Shown here: positions 1-14,500 of the stretch, piece by piece
How the letters are laid out: each line of letters begins with the position of its first letter
Position numbering within the stretch: position 1 is the stretch's first letter
Origin: Cenococcum geophilum
Lineage: Eukaryota
Direction: 5' to 3'
Assembly: GCA_050273025.1 (NCBI GenBank)
Contig: CP158636.1
Location: 5,084,001-5,148,000, forward strand
Length of the DNA: 64,000 nucleotides
Program-made: the position numbers and the translations under genes
The notes under the pieces: generated by a model
The model's input: only the letters and a program-made list of their open reading frames with translations
Database searches by the model: none
What the model was told of the DNA's origin: nothing

Positions 1-1662
1 AGGTAGGAACTCACTAGTAGGCTACCTATAGTAAGCACTATAAAGAGAAGCTTTTAATAACTACTTCTATATTTAATCCCTACTTCCTTATTATAACTAT
101 AGAAACTCCGTTCGGAATTATTGGCATATAAACTAATAATATAATTATCTTAGAAGATGACCAATTTTTAGCTCTTAAAGAAGATAAGCTAGTAAAGGCA
201 AATCTTATAGTAAAGCTAAAGGAAAAGCTTAATTTAATAATACTATTACTCTTTAATAGATGCATCCTCTCCCTAAACTAGGATTCCATTGCTTTACGCC
301 AGAAGGGTTAAGGTAAGAAGATTAATGTTATTAATATTAATTCTTTAAAGTAAGGATATATGGAGTAATGCGCTTGCGGAGCTTATATTACTTCTATCTG
401 TTAACCTAAGTCTTCCTTTAATCTCTTAGTTGCCGCTTAACACTAGAAACTAACTAAGGATAATATTCTTGCCCTAAATAAGCGTCTTTCCTAGTAAATA
501 AACTATCTTAATTGGGGACTACTCTACGTGCCTATTAATCTTCCCACCGCTAAGCTTTTTATATTTGTTAATGGATCGTTTATAAATAATAAAGATTTTA
601 GCTCCTAGTTAGGATATAAGATTATTATCGCGAATAAATCTACTAGAGAGAATAACTTTATAATCTATAGTAACCTTATTTATTAGAGCTTAACTAAAAG
701 TAAGTATATTACTTAAAGCGTTTTAGCGTTAGAGATATATGGAATGGTTAGCGGAGTTAATATAGCAATTGCAATTGGAACTACCCTAAAGATAATTATA
801 GATTAACTTAAACTTCCTATTATTCCTATAATCGTGTGCACTAACTTATATTCCCTTTACGAGTGTTTAGTTAAGCTTAGTACTATAAAGGAGAAGCGTC
901 TTATAATTAATATTATGGCACTTTAGTAATCCTACAAGCGTTAAAAACTCTTTAAGATTTAATAGATTAATAGCTAAGATAACCTAGCAGATATAATAAC
1001 GAAGGTAAACCTAAATAAGGCACTAGAGACGTTTGTTAACATAAATACTCTATATATATAAGTTAAAGGTTAGGTTAAAAGGGAGTCCCTAGAAATTTTT
1101 TAGTTACGTAAGGTCTTAAGATGTCTAGAAACTTTAACCGGCGGTTAAAGTTATCTAATTAGTTAGATTCTCTTACTAAGACTTTTTTAAAGGGGGGAGT
1201 ATAATATTCTACAGACCCTAACTTAACCTAGCTAATTAGGATTTTCTATCCCCGGGATAGAAAATTGCTATTAGCTCGCTTACTACTAGCGCCTTAGCGG
1301 CCCTCTAAATAAGATACCTACCCATAACTTATAAGCAAGAAAGTACTACGTGCTAAAAGGCAAATTTTGGGATAGCGAGACTTATATTATAATAGTAATA
1401 GTAAGTAAGAAGGATTGATATTTGTTCCGCTAGTTAAGCGGTATATATATATAGATGGCAACCATAAAAGAAGGGTTGCTAGTGTTGGGAATAAAGGCAA
1501 GTGGTTACTATATAAGGTATATTGCCGTTACGTGTCGCCGCGGCACTAGCGTGGCGAGGAGCCTTAAGCTCCTCGCCCTCCCTCATTAATTAAAAAGAAG
1601 AATAACAATTATTATACTATCTACGAACCGTAGCTACGTGATATTACCTTATGTAACTAACA
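1..1662 (+). mobile_element. Copia (Ty1) LTR retrotransposon, 3' part (RT/RNase H, polypurine tract, 3' LTR 1483-1662), RIP-degraded; inserted into a Gypsy integrase
   Basis: The + frame reads KEKRLIINIMAL..SYKR...DNLADIITKVN (Copia RNase H 'NPADAMTK' type). A purine tract AAAGAAGGG precedes TGTTG (1483)...CTAACA (1662). Gypsy integrase (IVNKLTK.GYF) resumes at 1663. Confidence 0.8.
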
Positions 1663-3775
1663 ATAGTAAACAAGTTAACTAAATAGGGCTACTTTATAGC
1701 ATATACAGAAGAAATCTTAGCAGAGGATATTACTAGAATCTATGTTAAAGAAGTGTTTGTAAGATATAGAGCATTAAGTAAAATTATATTAGACAGAGAT
1801 TTAAGATTTATAGCAGTATTTTAGGAGGTATTTTTAGCGGAATAAGGAGTTAGAGCAGTAACTTTTACTATATATTACCCGCAGACGGATAAATAAATAA
1901 AAAGATTAAATTAGACGCTAGAATAGTATTTAAGGCATTATATTAATTATATATAAAATAATTAGGTATTATTATTACTAGTTATATAATTTATATATAA
2001 TATAATACTATAAGAAGGAATAGGCATATTACTATTTAAGGCAAATTATAGATATAAGCTAAGAACATTATTGTTACTATAGTAAGTAAAGAAAATAAGT
2101 AGTATAGCTAAAGAAAGAATAAAGATATTAATAAATCTTTATATAGACCTTATAGAATTAGCGAAAAAGGTATAAGAAAGAATAAAAAAGTACTATAACG
2201 CTAAAAGATCTAAGGGACTAGATCTTAAGAAGGGGGACAAAGTATAGCTACTATATAAAAATTTTAAGAGTTAATAACTAGACTATATTAGACTAGAACC
2301 TTTTAAAATTATATAAAGGATTTTACTAGTTATATTTAAGTTAAACCTACTAACTAGAATAAAGATCTACCCTATATAGTATATTGTAATACTAGAGCTG
2401 GTTTATAAGAATATTAAGCCACTAGTTTATAAAGCAGACATATATAGAAAATAAGAAGACAAATAGTAAGTTTTAAAGATCGTTAGTTATAAGAATATTA
2501 ACAATAAAATATAGTACGAGGTTAAGTAGATAGGCTATAATAAAACTACCTAGGAACAATTATAGAATTTAAAAAACGCTATAGGAAAGATATAGAAGTA
2601 TTAGAAGAAAACGGGTTAGGTAATATTAAGAAGAAGTTAAAGATAAAGGGATTAGTTAAAGGTAATAGATAAGCTAGATTATCTAAGGGATCCATTACTA
2701 GTATACTAGTTGTTTCCGCCTCTTCTTAACTAAAATCCTTTATAGCCTCCTTAGCCTTAAGCTTAAATAAACCTTACTCTATAAAATAAAGTTTCTTTAA
2801 GCGTACCTTTTTATATACCTTTACTAGACGGCTTAGGCGAGTATAAGTATCTAGTTAAGCTTTTAGAGCCTAAGACACCTTATTAAAACAACGCTGAACT
2901 TTAATAAGGGCCTTAGCTAGCTTACTCTTTGGTTTTTTAGCTATTACTAATACGCGTAACCTTAGAGTAGATTAAATAAAGAACTAGACGGTTATAAAGA
3001 ATAATAAGACGTATATACTTAGCGTTAAAGACGGATTAAATATTATAAAATAATCGTATATTTACTCGCGTACACTTAGTATAGAAAGAAGGTTAGTAAC
3101 TAAATAGAGCTATAATTATAATATATACTAACTTCTTCTCCATATAATAAGAATAGGATAGTATAACTTTACTAAGTAATAGAATAAATGTTACTAGCTA
3201 GTTATAATAATTAAACGCAGAAGATCTAATAGAAGGTATTAGGAATAATAAAGGTTATTAAATTAAAGATGGGAATACTATACCTTTATTAGACAACTTA
3301 AAGATAGGAGATATCTTTAAGGATAAAGATAAAGAGGAGGGGGATAGTATTACGGACCTTATATTAGCAGTAGTATAACTACTAAAAAGAGATATAAATA
3401 GGTTAGTTGAAATAGTATAGGAGGCGCTAGAACTAATTAAGCTATAGGATAAAAGGTAGCTAAGTTACGTAGCTAGTTATGTTATAAGTTTGGAATATAG
3501 GAACGTAGGAACGTAGGAACGTAGAAATGCAATATACCGACATATTAATATACTAACGTACTAAACCCTTTACTATAGGGAGGAGTTATATATTTAAGGA
3601 CGTACGGTCTCTATAGACAGTTTCTCTTCTTTATAGTAAATCTTAGAATATAATTGGAGTTAATCTATTAGGCAACCACTCCACTAGTTATTATTACGTT
3701 GTTGACTTCTTATTTACCTATATACCTAGCCCATTAATAAGTCTACTATAGTTCCTACTACAAGGCTTCGTTATA
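1663..3775 (+). mobile_element. Gypsy/chromovirus copy A, 3' part (integrase, chromodomain, antisense ORF, 3' LTR 3348-3775), RIP-degraded
   Basis: Integrase motifs YYPQTD..IKRLN.TLE.YLRHY and GPF-like EPFKII are present, followed by a chromodomain-like YEVK.IGYNKTT.E. A polypurine tract GAGGAGGGGGATAG precedes the LTR TATTACGG...CTTCGTTATA, whose 3' half matches the reverse complement of the LTRs at 17928 and 27244. Confidence 0.85.
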
Positions 3776-4860
3776 AAGAAGCTGTTAAAGTATATAGTAT
3801 AGGACTATAAAATAGAATTTAAACTAAAAATAAGTTTAAAGTTCTTTCTAATTTATAAGCTAATTAAAGAAGAATTAAGAGCACTTAAAGAGGTTATCTA
3901 AGAAAACCTATAAAAGGGATATATTAGACTATCGCAGTTATTAGTAGAATATCTAGTACTATTTATACTAAAGAAGAATAGAAAACTTAGGCTATATATT
4001 AACTATAAATAGTTAAATAATATTACTAGAAAGGATAGGTATTCTTTACCCTTAATTAGCAAAATCTAGGATTAGATAGGTAATGTGTAAATCTTTATAA
4101 AGATAAATCTAAGATAGATATACTATTAGATTAGAATTAAGGAAGGCAATAAATAAAAGGCAGCCTTTAGGTTAAAGGAAAGACTATATAAACTATTAGT
4201 TATATAATTTAGACTTATAAACGCACTAATAATATCCTAAAAGCGAATTAATAGTATATTAGGAGAACACCTTAATATTATTATTATTTACTTAATAACT
4301 AAGGAAGAATATAGAAAATATATTAAATAGGTTTTAAGGAGATTATAAGAAGAATAAATGCGAGTTCTTTATAAGGAAGACTAATTTTATTAAATTTATT
4401 ATTAAACTAAGTTATATTAGTACAGACCTAAAAAAGATTAAAGCTATAGTGAGTTAATAAGAGTTAAAAATATATAATGTAATTAAGGTTATTTTTAGGG
4501 TTTTATAACTACTATAGAAGGTTTATAGTATAGTAGTTAAAGAATATTAAACCCTTTATAAGACTTATAAAGAAAAAGGAACTATAAGTTTAAGTAAATA
4601 AGTAAAAAAAATCTATTTAAGAAACTTAAGGAGTTATTTACCTAGGAACTAATTCTTAAAATCTATTAACTAAGACTAGAGGCGGTTATAAAAATAGATA
4701 TATTAGACTTTATACTAGGAGTATATTTACTATAGAAGTATAAAAATATATAGCATTTAGTAGTATACTATAGTTAAAAGATAACATTATTAAAGTTAAA
4801 CTATAATATCTATAATAAGGAGTTATTAGGTATAGTTATAGCACTTAAAAAATAGAAAGT

Positions 4861-7800
4861 TTTTTTTTAATCCGTTGTATTATACTACGTACAATACTAT
4901 ACATGCAGCCTCTAGGCTATAGCGCTATAGTCCTATATATATAAATCCCTTAGGGCAGCTTAATATATACTAGTAACTATATCCTAATAGTTTATAAGCC
5001 CCTAAACTAGGGGTTTATAGTTCCTTAGTAAAATACTAAGTTATAAGCAACTACTAGATAATGAGAAAATGGTAAAAAAAACTATAAGAAATAAGAAATC
5101 CTAACGCCTATCCCTATCCTTTTATAATTTAATTCTATCCTTTTACTTACTAATATCTCTTTACTAGGAGCCTAGTAGGAGTTACCTCCTTCTATAAATC
5201 CTGCTATTATTAGCCACTTTTTAGTAGCTATCCCTGTCCTACTTAGAAATAGGAAAAGCGCCTCTCTTCCTTTTTATGTACAAAATAGCTTCTTTAGAGA
5301 GAGAGAGAAGAGTCTAGTTTCTTTTGCATTTCTCTTCTTTCTTCTTTATATAGGTTGCAGTCTAGTAGTAGGTGCCTAGGGGTTTATAGTGCTCTATATT
5401 CCCTAAAGCATCTACCGTTATTATCCTCCCCCCCTATTACTTTAGAGAAGGATTTAAAATAGCCTTTTCCTAGCTTTAGTTAGAAGAAAGCTAATTGTAG
5501 CCTTTTAGGATATTTATCCTTAGGGGCTTTAAGAGAAAAGGAATAGCTTCCTTTACAGATCCTAGTATAGTGTTTTCCCTTATTCTTATTCTGCTACTAG
5601 TTGTTTTTCCACTATTCTAGTATCTTTTCTCTTGCTGCTCTCCCTATATAGGCTAGGGAGGTATAAAAAGATTATAGTTTTCTTCTAAAAAGGCCCTTTT
5701 TAGCTAGCTTATCTACTATTTCGTTTTTATAGATTCCTAGATAGCTAGGAACCCAGTAAAAGTTAATAGAGATCCCCTTACTAGCTAAATAGGAATAGCT
5801 TTACGTAATTTTAAAGACTAGTTCTTGCCCCCCTATAAGAGATTTAAGCTGTAATCTCTTAATAGCTACTTGGCTATCTATAAAGATATAGACTTATTTC
5901 TCTTTTAGTCTTTATTATTTTAGGTATTCTAGGGCCCTATCCCTTGCACGGATAGGGCGCTATATTTTGTGGCCCGTGCGCAAGAACATTAAAACTTTTA
6001 AGAGTTTTGGTTTGGTGATGCGGCAGAACGACTTACGGGCCGCATTTTATAGAGCGTTATTATCTATGCAAGGGATAGATTGTATAAAGCTCTACGTTTA
6101 TAATTTCCATATAGGGTCCTAGATTCTAGTTTATTGCGTATTTAATCCTATTTCTCTCCCCTATTTTACATATAGCAGCTATATTTAATTTATTGTCTTT
6201 AGAGCCATCTATATAGTATATATCTACTAGGTCCTCTAGGGATTCTTATAAATTTTCTACTCGTCTTAGATGTTCTTATGCAGCTTCTTCCTTACTACCT
6301 TTTAAGATAGAAAAGGATGCGGAAATAGGAGGAGACTACGGTTTTTGCCAATCTAGAGAGATTTTATCTATTTTCTAGTTTTAAATTAGCTGCTAAACTC
6401 TAGAGGCTAGAGATAGTAGCTATGTCTTTAGCTGTAAGAGGTGCTTTATAGTATAGTTTTTAGGACTGGAACTAGAGCTAGAACTAGCTGCTAATTCGTC
6501 CCTATTTTTGTTAATCTCTTCTATATAGACCTTCTTAATTGCGTGGTTTTCCTTAAATTTTAGGATTCTTATTGCGTAGTTATTATAAAGCTTTTTAAAT
6601 CTAATCCTAGGAGGAGGAATAGAGGCTTCAATCTCTATAGCTTGGCTAGGAGATCCTCTAAACGCTCCTAGAACTAGTTTTAGAGCCTCATTTTATAAAG
6701 ATTAGTACCTATCTAGTAGGTAGTCTTTAGATTTACTTTTCCACTAATATTATACTCCGTAGTCTGCTATAGTAGTAACGTAAGCTATATAGAGCTGTCG
6801 TAGGGCTTATAGAGATAGACCTCTTTATATATTACCTAGTCTTCTAATTAAATAGAAGGCTGCCTTTACTTTAGAGATTTGTATTTCTATATATTATTTA
6901 AAAGTAAGCTTAGAGTTTAGGAATACCCCTAACTACCTAACTAGGGGTTTAGCGGATATTTCTACGTCTTCTAGCTTTAACCCTTCTTCTATAGTGGTAC
7001 GTTTACTATAGAAGTATATAAGCTCTGTTTTGCTAACGTTAAAACTAATAGCAGCTTCTTTAGCTTTAGACATTAACTCTAGCGCTATTCTCTCTAGCTT
7101 TTTGTAATTAGATTTAGCTAAATTTAAAGTAACTATAATTGCAAAATCGTCCATATAGCTAAGAGAATAGGCTCCTTCTATCTGTATGCTGCAGATATTG
7201 CGTATATATAGTAGAAATAAAATAGGGGATATAGGCGATCCCTATAGTATCCCTGTTTCTAGTTCTACTTTTTCTTATATTTGCCCATTAAAGGAAAGTT
7301 ATAGCTTTCTATTGCTAAGGAAGGTAGCTACCTATTGTGTAAACGCTATAGGTAGTCCTAGTTCCTTACAGATAGATAAAAGCTGGTTTTTAAAGACATG
7401 GTTAAAGGCCCCTTTTACGTCTAGGAATAACGTAGTAGCTATCCTTTATCTAGCTTTTTTCCTACTATTTTTAGATTGGATATTGTTTAGAAGTAGTAGG
7501 ACTGTATCTATTGCGGACCGCTGTCTTCTTCCTCCTAGTTACGAATCTTAAAGTAAGCTAGTAGTACTAGCTAGATATCCTAATCTAGTAGCGAAGATCT
7601 TCTCCAGGGTTTTTCCTAGGCAGTTTAATAAGGAGATAGGTCTATAGGACTTTGGTAAAGAGTAGTCCCCCTTATTTGCTTTAGGGAGGATAACTCCTTA
7701 AGCTTCTCTCTAGGCTTTTAGTTGATAGCCTAGGGTAAATAAAATCCGGTAGATTCTATATAGAAGATCTTCTATAATAGGGTAGGCCTTTTATAAAATT

Positions 7801-10800
7801 GCGAAGGATATTTTGTCTAGCCTAGGGCTTTTTTATTAGAGCTAGAGAATATTGCCTATTTAACTTCTATTTTCTCCAATTTTGGCCATTTCTATTTACT
7901 GTCTATAGTATAGTCCTTCCACTCTATAGGGCTAGTATAAGGGGGGGGTTTAGGAAATAGAGTAGTTATAAAAGCTTTACACTGATCGTCAAAGCTTTCT
8001 ACTAGTCTCGTAGTCCTATCTTTACTATACTTTAGACTAGGAATTGTTCGTAATGTTTTATCCTTTATATATTTTAGGGTAGTAAAGATCTCTTTTCCTT
8101 ATGCTTTTTCTAGGAAGCTATTCCAGCAGCTAGCTTTAGCTTCTCTTATTGCATAGAAGTATTGATTTTTAGCTTCTTTATAGGCTTCTAGTAGGTTGTT
8201 CCTCTTAAAGTCTTCCTAGTTTTGCCATTTTTTGTCTTTTCTGTAGAAGCTCTTTATTCCACTATAGTTTAGAGAATTCGTAGGTTCTAGATTTAGGGAT
8301 AGCTTTCTCTACTGCTAGCTTTATACAGCTAGTAAGATCTCCTATTAGGTTATCTACTAGTGTGCTTAAGCTCCTATCCCTAGTTCTATACGAATCCTCT
8401 AGGGAGGCTAGAGGGCCCTTTTCTCCTATCTCTATATAGGGGTTTTCTCCTACTAGTTCCTCTAGTATTAAAACCTTTACTTCTAGTTCTACTTCTTAAA
8501 CTTACTCTACTAGAGAAGTAGAGAAGAGCTCCTAGTTTGCTTTTTTATAGAGAAAGGAGTTTCTTAAAGAGGGTTTAGGTATCTTTACGTCTCTCTAGTA
8601 AATAGGGAGAAGGCTATAGTTTTGTAATCAGATCCTGTTTCTTCTATTATAGTCTAATTATCCCAGCTATTTTCTTAGAAGTTTCCTAAGTAGAAGGCTA
8701 GGTCTATAATAGACTTTTCCCTTATATTAGATCTATAAAAGGTCCCTTCTTATTTATCTAAATTTAGTAGTTAGTAGTTATATATATCTAGCTAGCCTAC
8801 TAAGTCTTTAGCCTCTTTAGTCGGATTTCTAGCCGATGCGTTCCACTATATATAATGTAGATTATAGTCTCCTATTAGTATAAAGGGGAGATCTAGTTCT
8901 AGTTCTAGAATGGCTCTAGAGATAGTAGTTATACTATTTCTTTAGGTTCTAGAGTTCTCGTCTAGTTATCTCTTATTATAGATATTAAGTAATAGAAATC
9001 TTTTAAATTGGCCATAGATTTCTAATGCTATAGTATCTATATCTTTGCAGATATCCTCCCTATTTCTATATTATAAAAAGCTAGAACTAGTTTTCCTTAT
9101 ATAGATAGCTACTCTAGGGCGAATAGCTAAATTGCTAGGAAGGATAAGGTTAAATGCAGGATGCGAAATAGAGAAATAGGATCCTTTTTGTCTGTCTTTC
9201 TAGGTACTAGGTTCTTGTACTAGGATAATATCCATTTTTCTTCTAAATCCTATTTTTAGTAGGGTTTGCTATACTTCTTGTCTTTTTCCTACATTATACT
9301 GTATAAAGGAGACTTCTCCTCTAGCTTTAGAAACTAGGGAGATATCTTTTTCTTCCTGTATAGAACCTTCTAAGCTTATACTTATTGATGTACTAGTTTA
9401 GCTGCTTTAAGAGACTCGCAGTCTTTGCTATTAGCAAAGTGTTTTTCTTTACAATTACTGCAAAGAGGGGTAGTATGCTTGTAAGGTCTTCCTATTATCT
9501 TATAAATAAAACAGGAGTGGTCCTTAGATAGATGTGCTGCTATATAAAATCGATAGGCCCTAGTAGAGCATCTATCTCCTATATGGCCAAATTTTTGGTA
9601 GCTTGTATACTGTGTAGTAGGAGAGACTTCTAGGTATTTAACTACCTTAGTAACTACCCCTACAATTAGGATTTCCTTCTGTTTAAGGATTTCCTTCTAT
9701 TTAAGGATTTCCTGTCTTTTCTCCTTATTTTCTATAGCGAATACTATAGAGCTGAACCTAGTTTGTGGATTATATCTCTTTGCCCTATTTAGGTTATCCT
9801 TATATCCTAATAGGGTTAAAGGTCTCTATTTCTTCCTTTAGAAGTTTAGAGCCTCCTTCTCCTACAAAAGGGGGGATAGGGACGCTATGAGCTACTATTT
9901 AAGCCTAGGGCTCTAGTTTTTATTCTCTCTTAAAGTAGAAGCAGCTAGACCAGACTTCTTTATATTTAACCAGAAAATCTACGTTATATTCCTCTGTTGT
10001 TATAAGGAAAATATTCTGCTTTTCTTTAGTTCTAGCTATAGAAGCTATAACTAGCTTCTTTATTTGCAATTTGGACATAAATCGTTAATTAATTATATTT
10101 TATATAGAGAAGATATCTAGAGGCTGGTCCTTTTGGTCTGTAACTAAGACTAGTCCTCTTTCTTATAGCTGCTTCTTTTTCCCTCTAGTAAAGGTAGGGC
10201 TTATAGAACTGGTAGTGCTACTAGCTGCCTTACTAGTAGGGGGAATTAAGGAGGTAGGGGGTAAAGAAGAAGAAGAGGTAGTAGAAGAAGGGGGAAACGA
10301 CGACGAAGAAGAGTAAGTAGAAGAAGAGAGGTCCTTCTTTAACTTTTCTACGTAGGTTTTAGGGGCTGCCTCCTTGCGGAGGGCTCTTACTTCTTCTACT
10401 AGTCCTTTTAGGATATCTGTCTCCTGTTTTTCCTTTTCTGTTTCTTTTATAGAAGGATTTTCTCCTACTATAATTCTTTATACGTCGTCCCTAATATATT
10501 TAACTTGCTTCTTACTTTCTCCTTCTAGTTTTAAATAGGCCTGGGTTAGGCTTTCTAGGGCCTTTTATAGGAATTGTTTTAAAGAAGGAGGGGGGAAGTA
10601 TAAACTAGCTATAGAGGACCTTATTTTTCCTAGGTTTCTTTTTAGGTTTTAGCTATCTTTTTTAGAAGACGATAGGGAGTGGTTTCTTTTTCTTTTTCTT
10701 TAGTTCCTTATATAAGCTAGAGATAGCTTATCTACTTCTTCTATATCTTTGTATTTCCTAAATAGGTATAGAGAAGATGGAGAAAAACAGGTAGAAGAGG

Positions 10801-11532
10801 TAGATAAGAATTCGTCATCGCTTATCTCTATAGGAGGCTTTATTTTAGGCTTAGTAGCCTTTACCTTTAGCATTTTGTGTCTTATAGCTTATAGGGGGGG
10901 GTTTCCTAGTTTTTTTAGTAGATAATAACCTCTTTAAGTCTCTTATCTCCTAGTGCAGAGGTAAAAAAACTAGATAAAAAGCCTTTTTAGTTTTTACTAT
11001 CCTTCTATATCCTTTTTCCTTACTAACCCTACTAGAGAGCTTCTAGGGAAATTAAAGTAAAAGGTAGTAGAAAAACTAGGTAAAAAGACTATAGTAGTTA
11101 TTTTCTTCTCTATTAGAAGTAGAAAAAACTACTAGAAAAAAAGGACTTGTTAGGCTTTTACTAGCAAAAAAGCCCAAAAAGGCAATCCTTCTCTTACTAA
11201 GGAAAATCTGACTAAAGGAGATATAGAAAAGTACCTACACCCCCTATTTTATTAGGCTTTTGCTTTATTAGAAGAAAAGCCTAGAAAAAGTCTATATTTT
11301 AGTTTTAGTATTTCTATCCTTGTCTTTGCTTAGAAGCTAGGACTACCCTTTTAAAAAAAATTCTCTCAGGAAAAGGGGGTAAAAGAGTAAGTAGATCCAC
11401 CTCTAGCTCGCCAGGCAGTAGGAATTTGGTCTTAAAAGTTGGAAAATCGGTTGTTTTTGGTAGAAAGATGGGTATGCGTAAGTTTCGAGGTGCAACGCTA
11501 CCTTTTGGTAAGGTTGCATGTGCGGTAAATAT
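4861..11532 (-). mobile_element. Full-length Tad1-like LINE (ORF1 with CCHC knuckles; ORF2 endonuclease-RT-RNase H), RIP-degraded
   Basis: A poly(T) run at 4861 is the poly(A) tail on the minus strand, and the 8-bp TSD is TAGAAAGT. The minus strand shows RT motif SYMDDF (ORF 6933-7154), YRPISLLNCLGK, RNase H VYIFIDSQVAIKRL, and ORF1 knuckles (QKFGHIGDRC, CSNCKEKHFANSKDC). Confidence 0.9.
5941..6074. mobile_element. 134-bp MITE inside the LINE RNase H, AT target-site duplication
   Basis: Terminal inverted repeats (TIRs) are CCCTTGCACGGATA / TATCTATGCAAGGG. Removing the element plus one AT restores the LINE frame ELYTIY-RALEYL...VYIFIDSQ. Confidence 0.8.
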
Positions 11533-14500
11533 TAGAAAGTATTCTTATAAGGTATAAAGAAACTATTTATAGTTAAAATAAATTATAAAAACCTAATAGG
11601 GTGCCTAATAATAAAAGATAAGTTAAATAGGCAGAGATGCTTATAGTATACTAAAGGCACTAAGAATATAAGAGTAAATATATTAAGTAGAGAATCTAAA
11701 CTATAAAATAATAAGAAACTATTAGGAGTAATACTATATAGAGATAGTAATGGATTAATTAGGTATAATTATCCTAAAATTATAGTAATTTAAGAATATA
11801 AGCTACTGGAAAGCGATTAAATAAAAAGGATCTAAAAGGTATAATTTAAGGACCTAAAAACGGACTAGTATAAATAGAGAATAAATATATATATCCTAAG
11901 AGGAATAGTAGAGAAATTTATTAAAGATTTCTATAGGGAATAATATAAGGATATAATGGAGCTATAGGCTTAGTATTAAGACTTTAAAAAGAATATATTA
12001 TTTATAAAATCTAGGGCTTAGTAAGAAAAGTTATAAAGGAGTATTTAGATTACTAGAGAAATAAGCTAATAAGGTATAAGATATACAGAAAACTATAGCC
12101 TATTAAGACACTAGAGAGACTATAGGAAGTTATATTATAAGACTTTATTATAAAGTTACTAAAGTTAAAGGATCCTATTACTAGATAGGAGTATAATATA
12201 ATCCTTATAATAGTAAATAAGTTAACTAAATAGGGCTACTTTATAGCATATATAAAAAAATCTTAGTAGAGGATATTACTAAAATCTATATTAAGAAAGT
12301 ATTTATAAGATATAGAGCACTAAGTAAGATTATATTAGATAAAGATCTAGGATTTATAGTAGTATTTTAGGAGGTATTCTTAGCGGAATAAGAAGCTAAA
12401 GCAGTAACTTTTACTATATATTATCCGCAGATAAACAAATAGATAGAAAGATTAAATTAGATATTAGAGTAGTATCTAAGATATTATATTAATTACGTAT
12501 AGGATAATTAGGTATTGCTACTACTAGTTATATAATTTATATATAATATAATACTATAAGAAGGTATAGAGATATTACTATTTTAAGTAAATTATAGGTA
12601 TAAGCCTAAAATATTATTATTACTATAATAAGTATAAAAAAATAGAAACTTTTATAAATCTTTATAAGGACCTCTATTTTATAGTAAAATTAATAAATAA
12701 AGTACTATAATACTAAGAGATCTAAGGGACTAGATCTAAAGGAGGGGGATAAAGTATAGATATTATATAAAAAATTTATAAATTAATAACTAAGTAAGAA
12801 GTTAGACTACGTTAAACTAGAACTATTAAAAATTATAACTAAGATTTTAGAAGTTATATATAGACTTAACTTACCAGTAAAGATAAAGATCTACCCTATA
12901 TAGTATATTATAATGCTAAAGCTAGCATATAAAGACGTAAAGCTATTAGTTTATAAAGTAGACACACATAAAGAATAAAAAGAAGATAAATAGTAAGTTT
13001 TAAAATTTGTAAATTATAAGGATACTAATAATAAAATATAGTATAAAGTAGAGTGGATAGGCTATAATAAAACTACCTAGAAACTATTATAGAACCTAAA
13101 AAAACACTATAGGAAAGGTATAGGAGTATTAGAGGAGAATAAGTTAGGTATTATTAAAAAGGAGCTAAAGATAAAGGGATTAGTTAAGGGTAATAGACGA
13201 CCCGGATTATCTAAGGGATCTACTACTAGCGTATAAATTATTTCCGCCCTTTTATAATTAAAATCCTTTTTAGCCTCTTTAGCCTTAAGCTTATAGAGAC
13301 CTTACTTAGTAAGATATTATTTCTTAAAGCGTACCTTCTTATAACCCTTTTTAAGACAGACTAACTAAGCGTAAGTAGTCTATTAAGCCTTAAACACTTT
13401 CCGCTCTTTAGTATAAATCCACTCCCTATTATTATAAAGCTTCTATACTTTAATAAGAATAGTAGTAAGTTTATTCTTAAGGTGGGACGCCTTAAATTAA
13501 ATATAGGACCCTATAATAAATTAGATAAGGAAGTTAAAGACTTTAAAGATTAATAAAATATATATACTTAGCGTTAGAGACGGATTAAATATTATAGGAT
13601 AACTATTGTTCGTACCAATTTAATGGCACAAGTAAGTCAGATCCAGGGGCACGAAATACGTATAGTATCGTATACTCTTTTAGATAATGGTAACTATCGA
13701 TTATATAAAGCAGACTACGTGGTCTATATACTAATACACCTCCCCCCTAATTAGTCAGTGCTTTATAAGTACACTAGACGCGTAAGCAAGTAGTTAGTGC
13801 ACTAAACGCGTAAACGCGTACCTAGTGTACCGAACGCGTAAGCACGCGGTTGGTATAACAGGTGCTGTAATTATATACTAGCGGTACTTAAAAAATAAAG
13901 CCACCTGTATATAGCCTCCGTAATTGCTTTAATAAAACTATAAAATACAAAGGAAAATATATAGGAAATCTCCCCTAAGGTGCCGTCTAGGCTGCCTTCC
14001 AAACGGTGCCCCAAGCTGGCCGTAAGTTCTGCTTACGGTCTGTAAAATAAGCCGTACGGCCTTCTAACGGGCCGTAGGCGTACCGTAGGTACTCCGTTAG
14101 TCCTATTCTACCCATTTTATAACTTTTAGGTTGAGCTTATTTATATTAATTAGGGTTTTAAGGGCTTAATACGGCTTTGCCTTAGTCATGGCATCTACTA
14201 GATTATTTCCGCCGCTAATCTATTTAACCTCCGTAATCTCACGTTATTCGTAGGCCTAATGTAAGCATATTAGGTCGACCATAAGCCTCTTCTCTTATAT
14301 CGTACCTAGTTTGACTAGGCAGTTATAGAGGGACTTTAAATTGGTGTATAAGATTAGGGGTAACTGCTCCAGTTATAGAATCTTCTAGACCGTTAATTTA
14401 ATTGCGGCTGCTATATTAAAGCCATAAGCTAATATATATAGTTTAGAAGCTAGTACACTACGGGTTACTTATTTACACTTAATTAAAGACTAGTGCAGTA

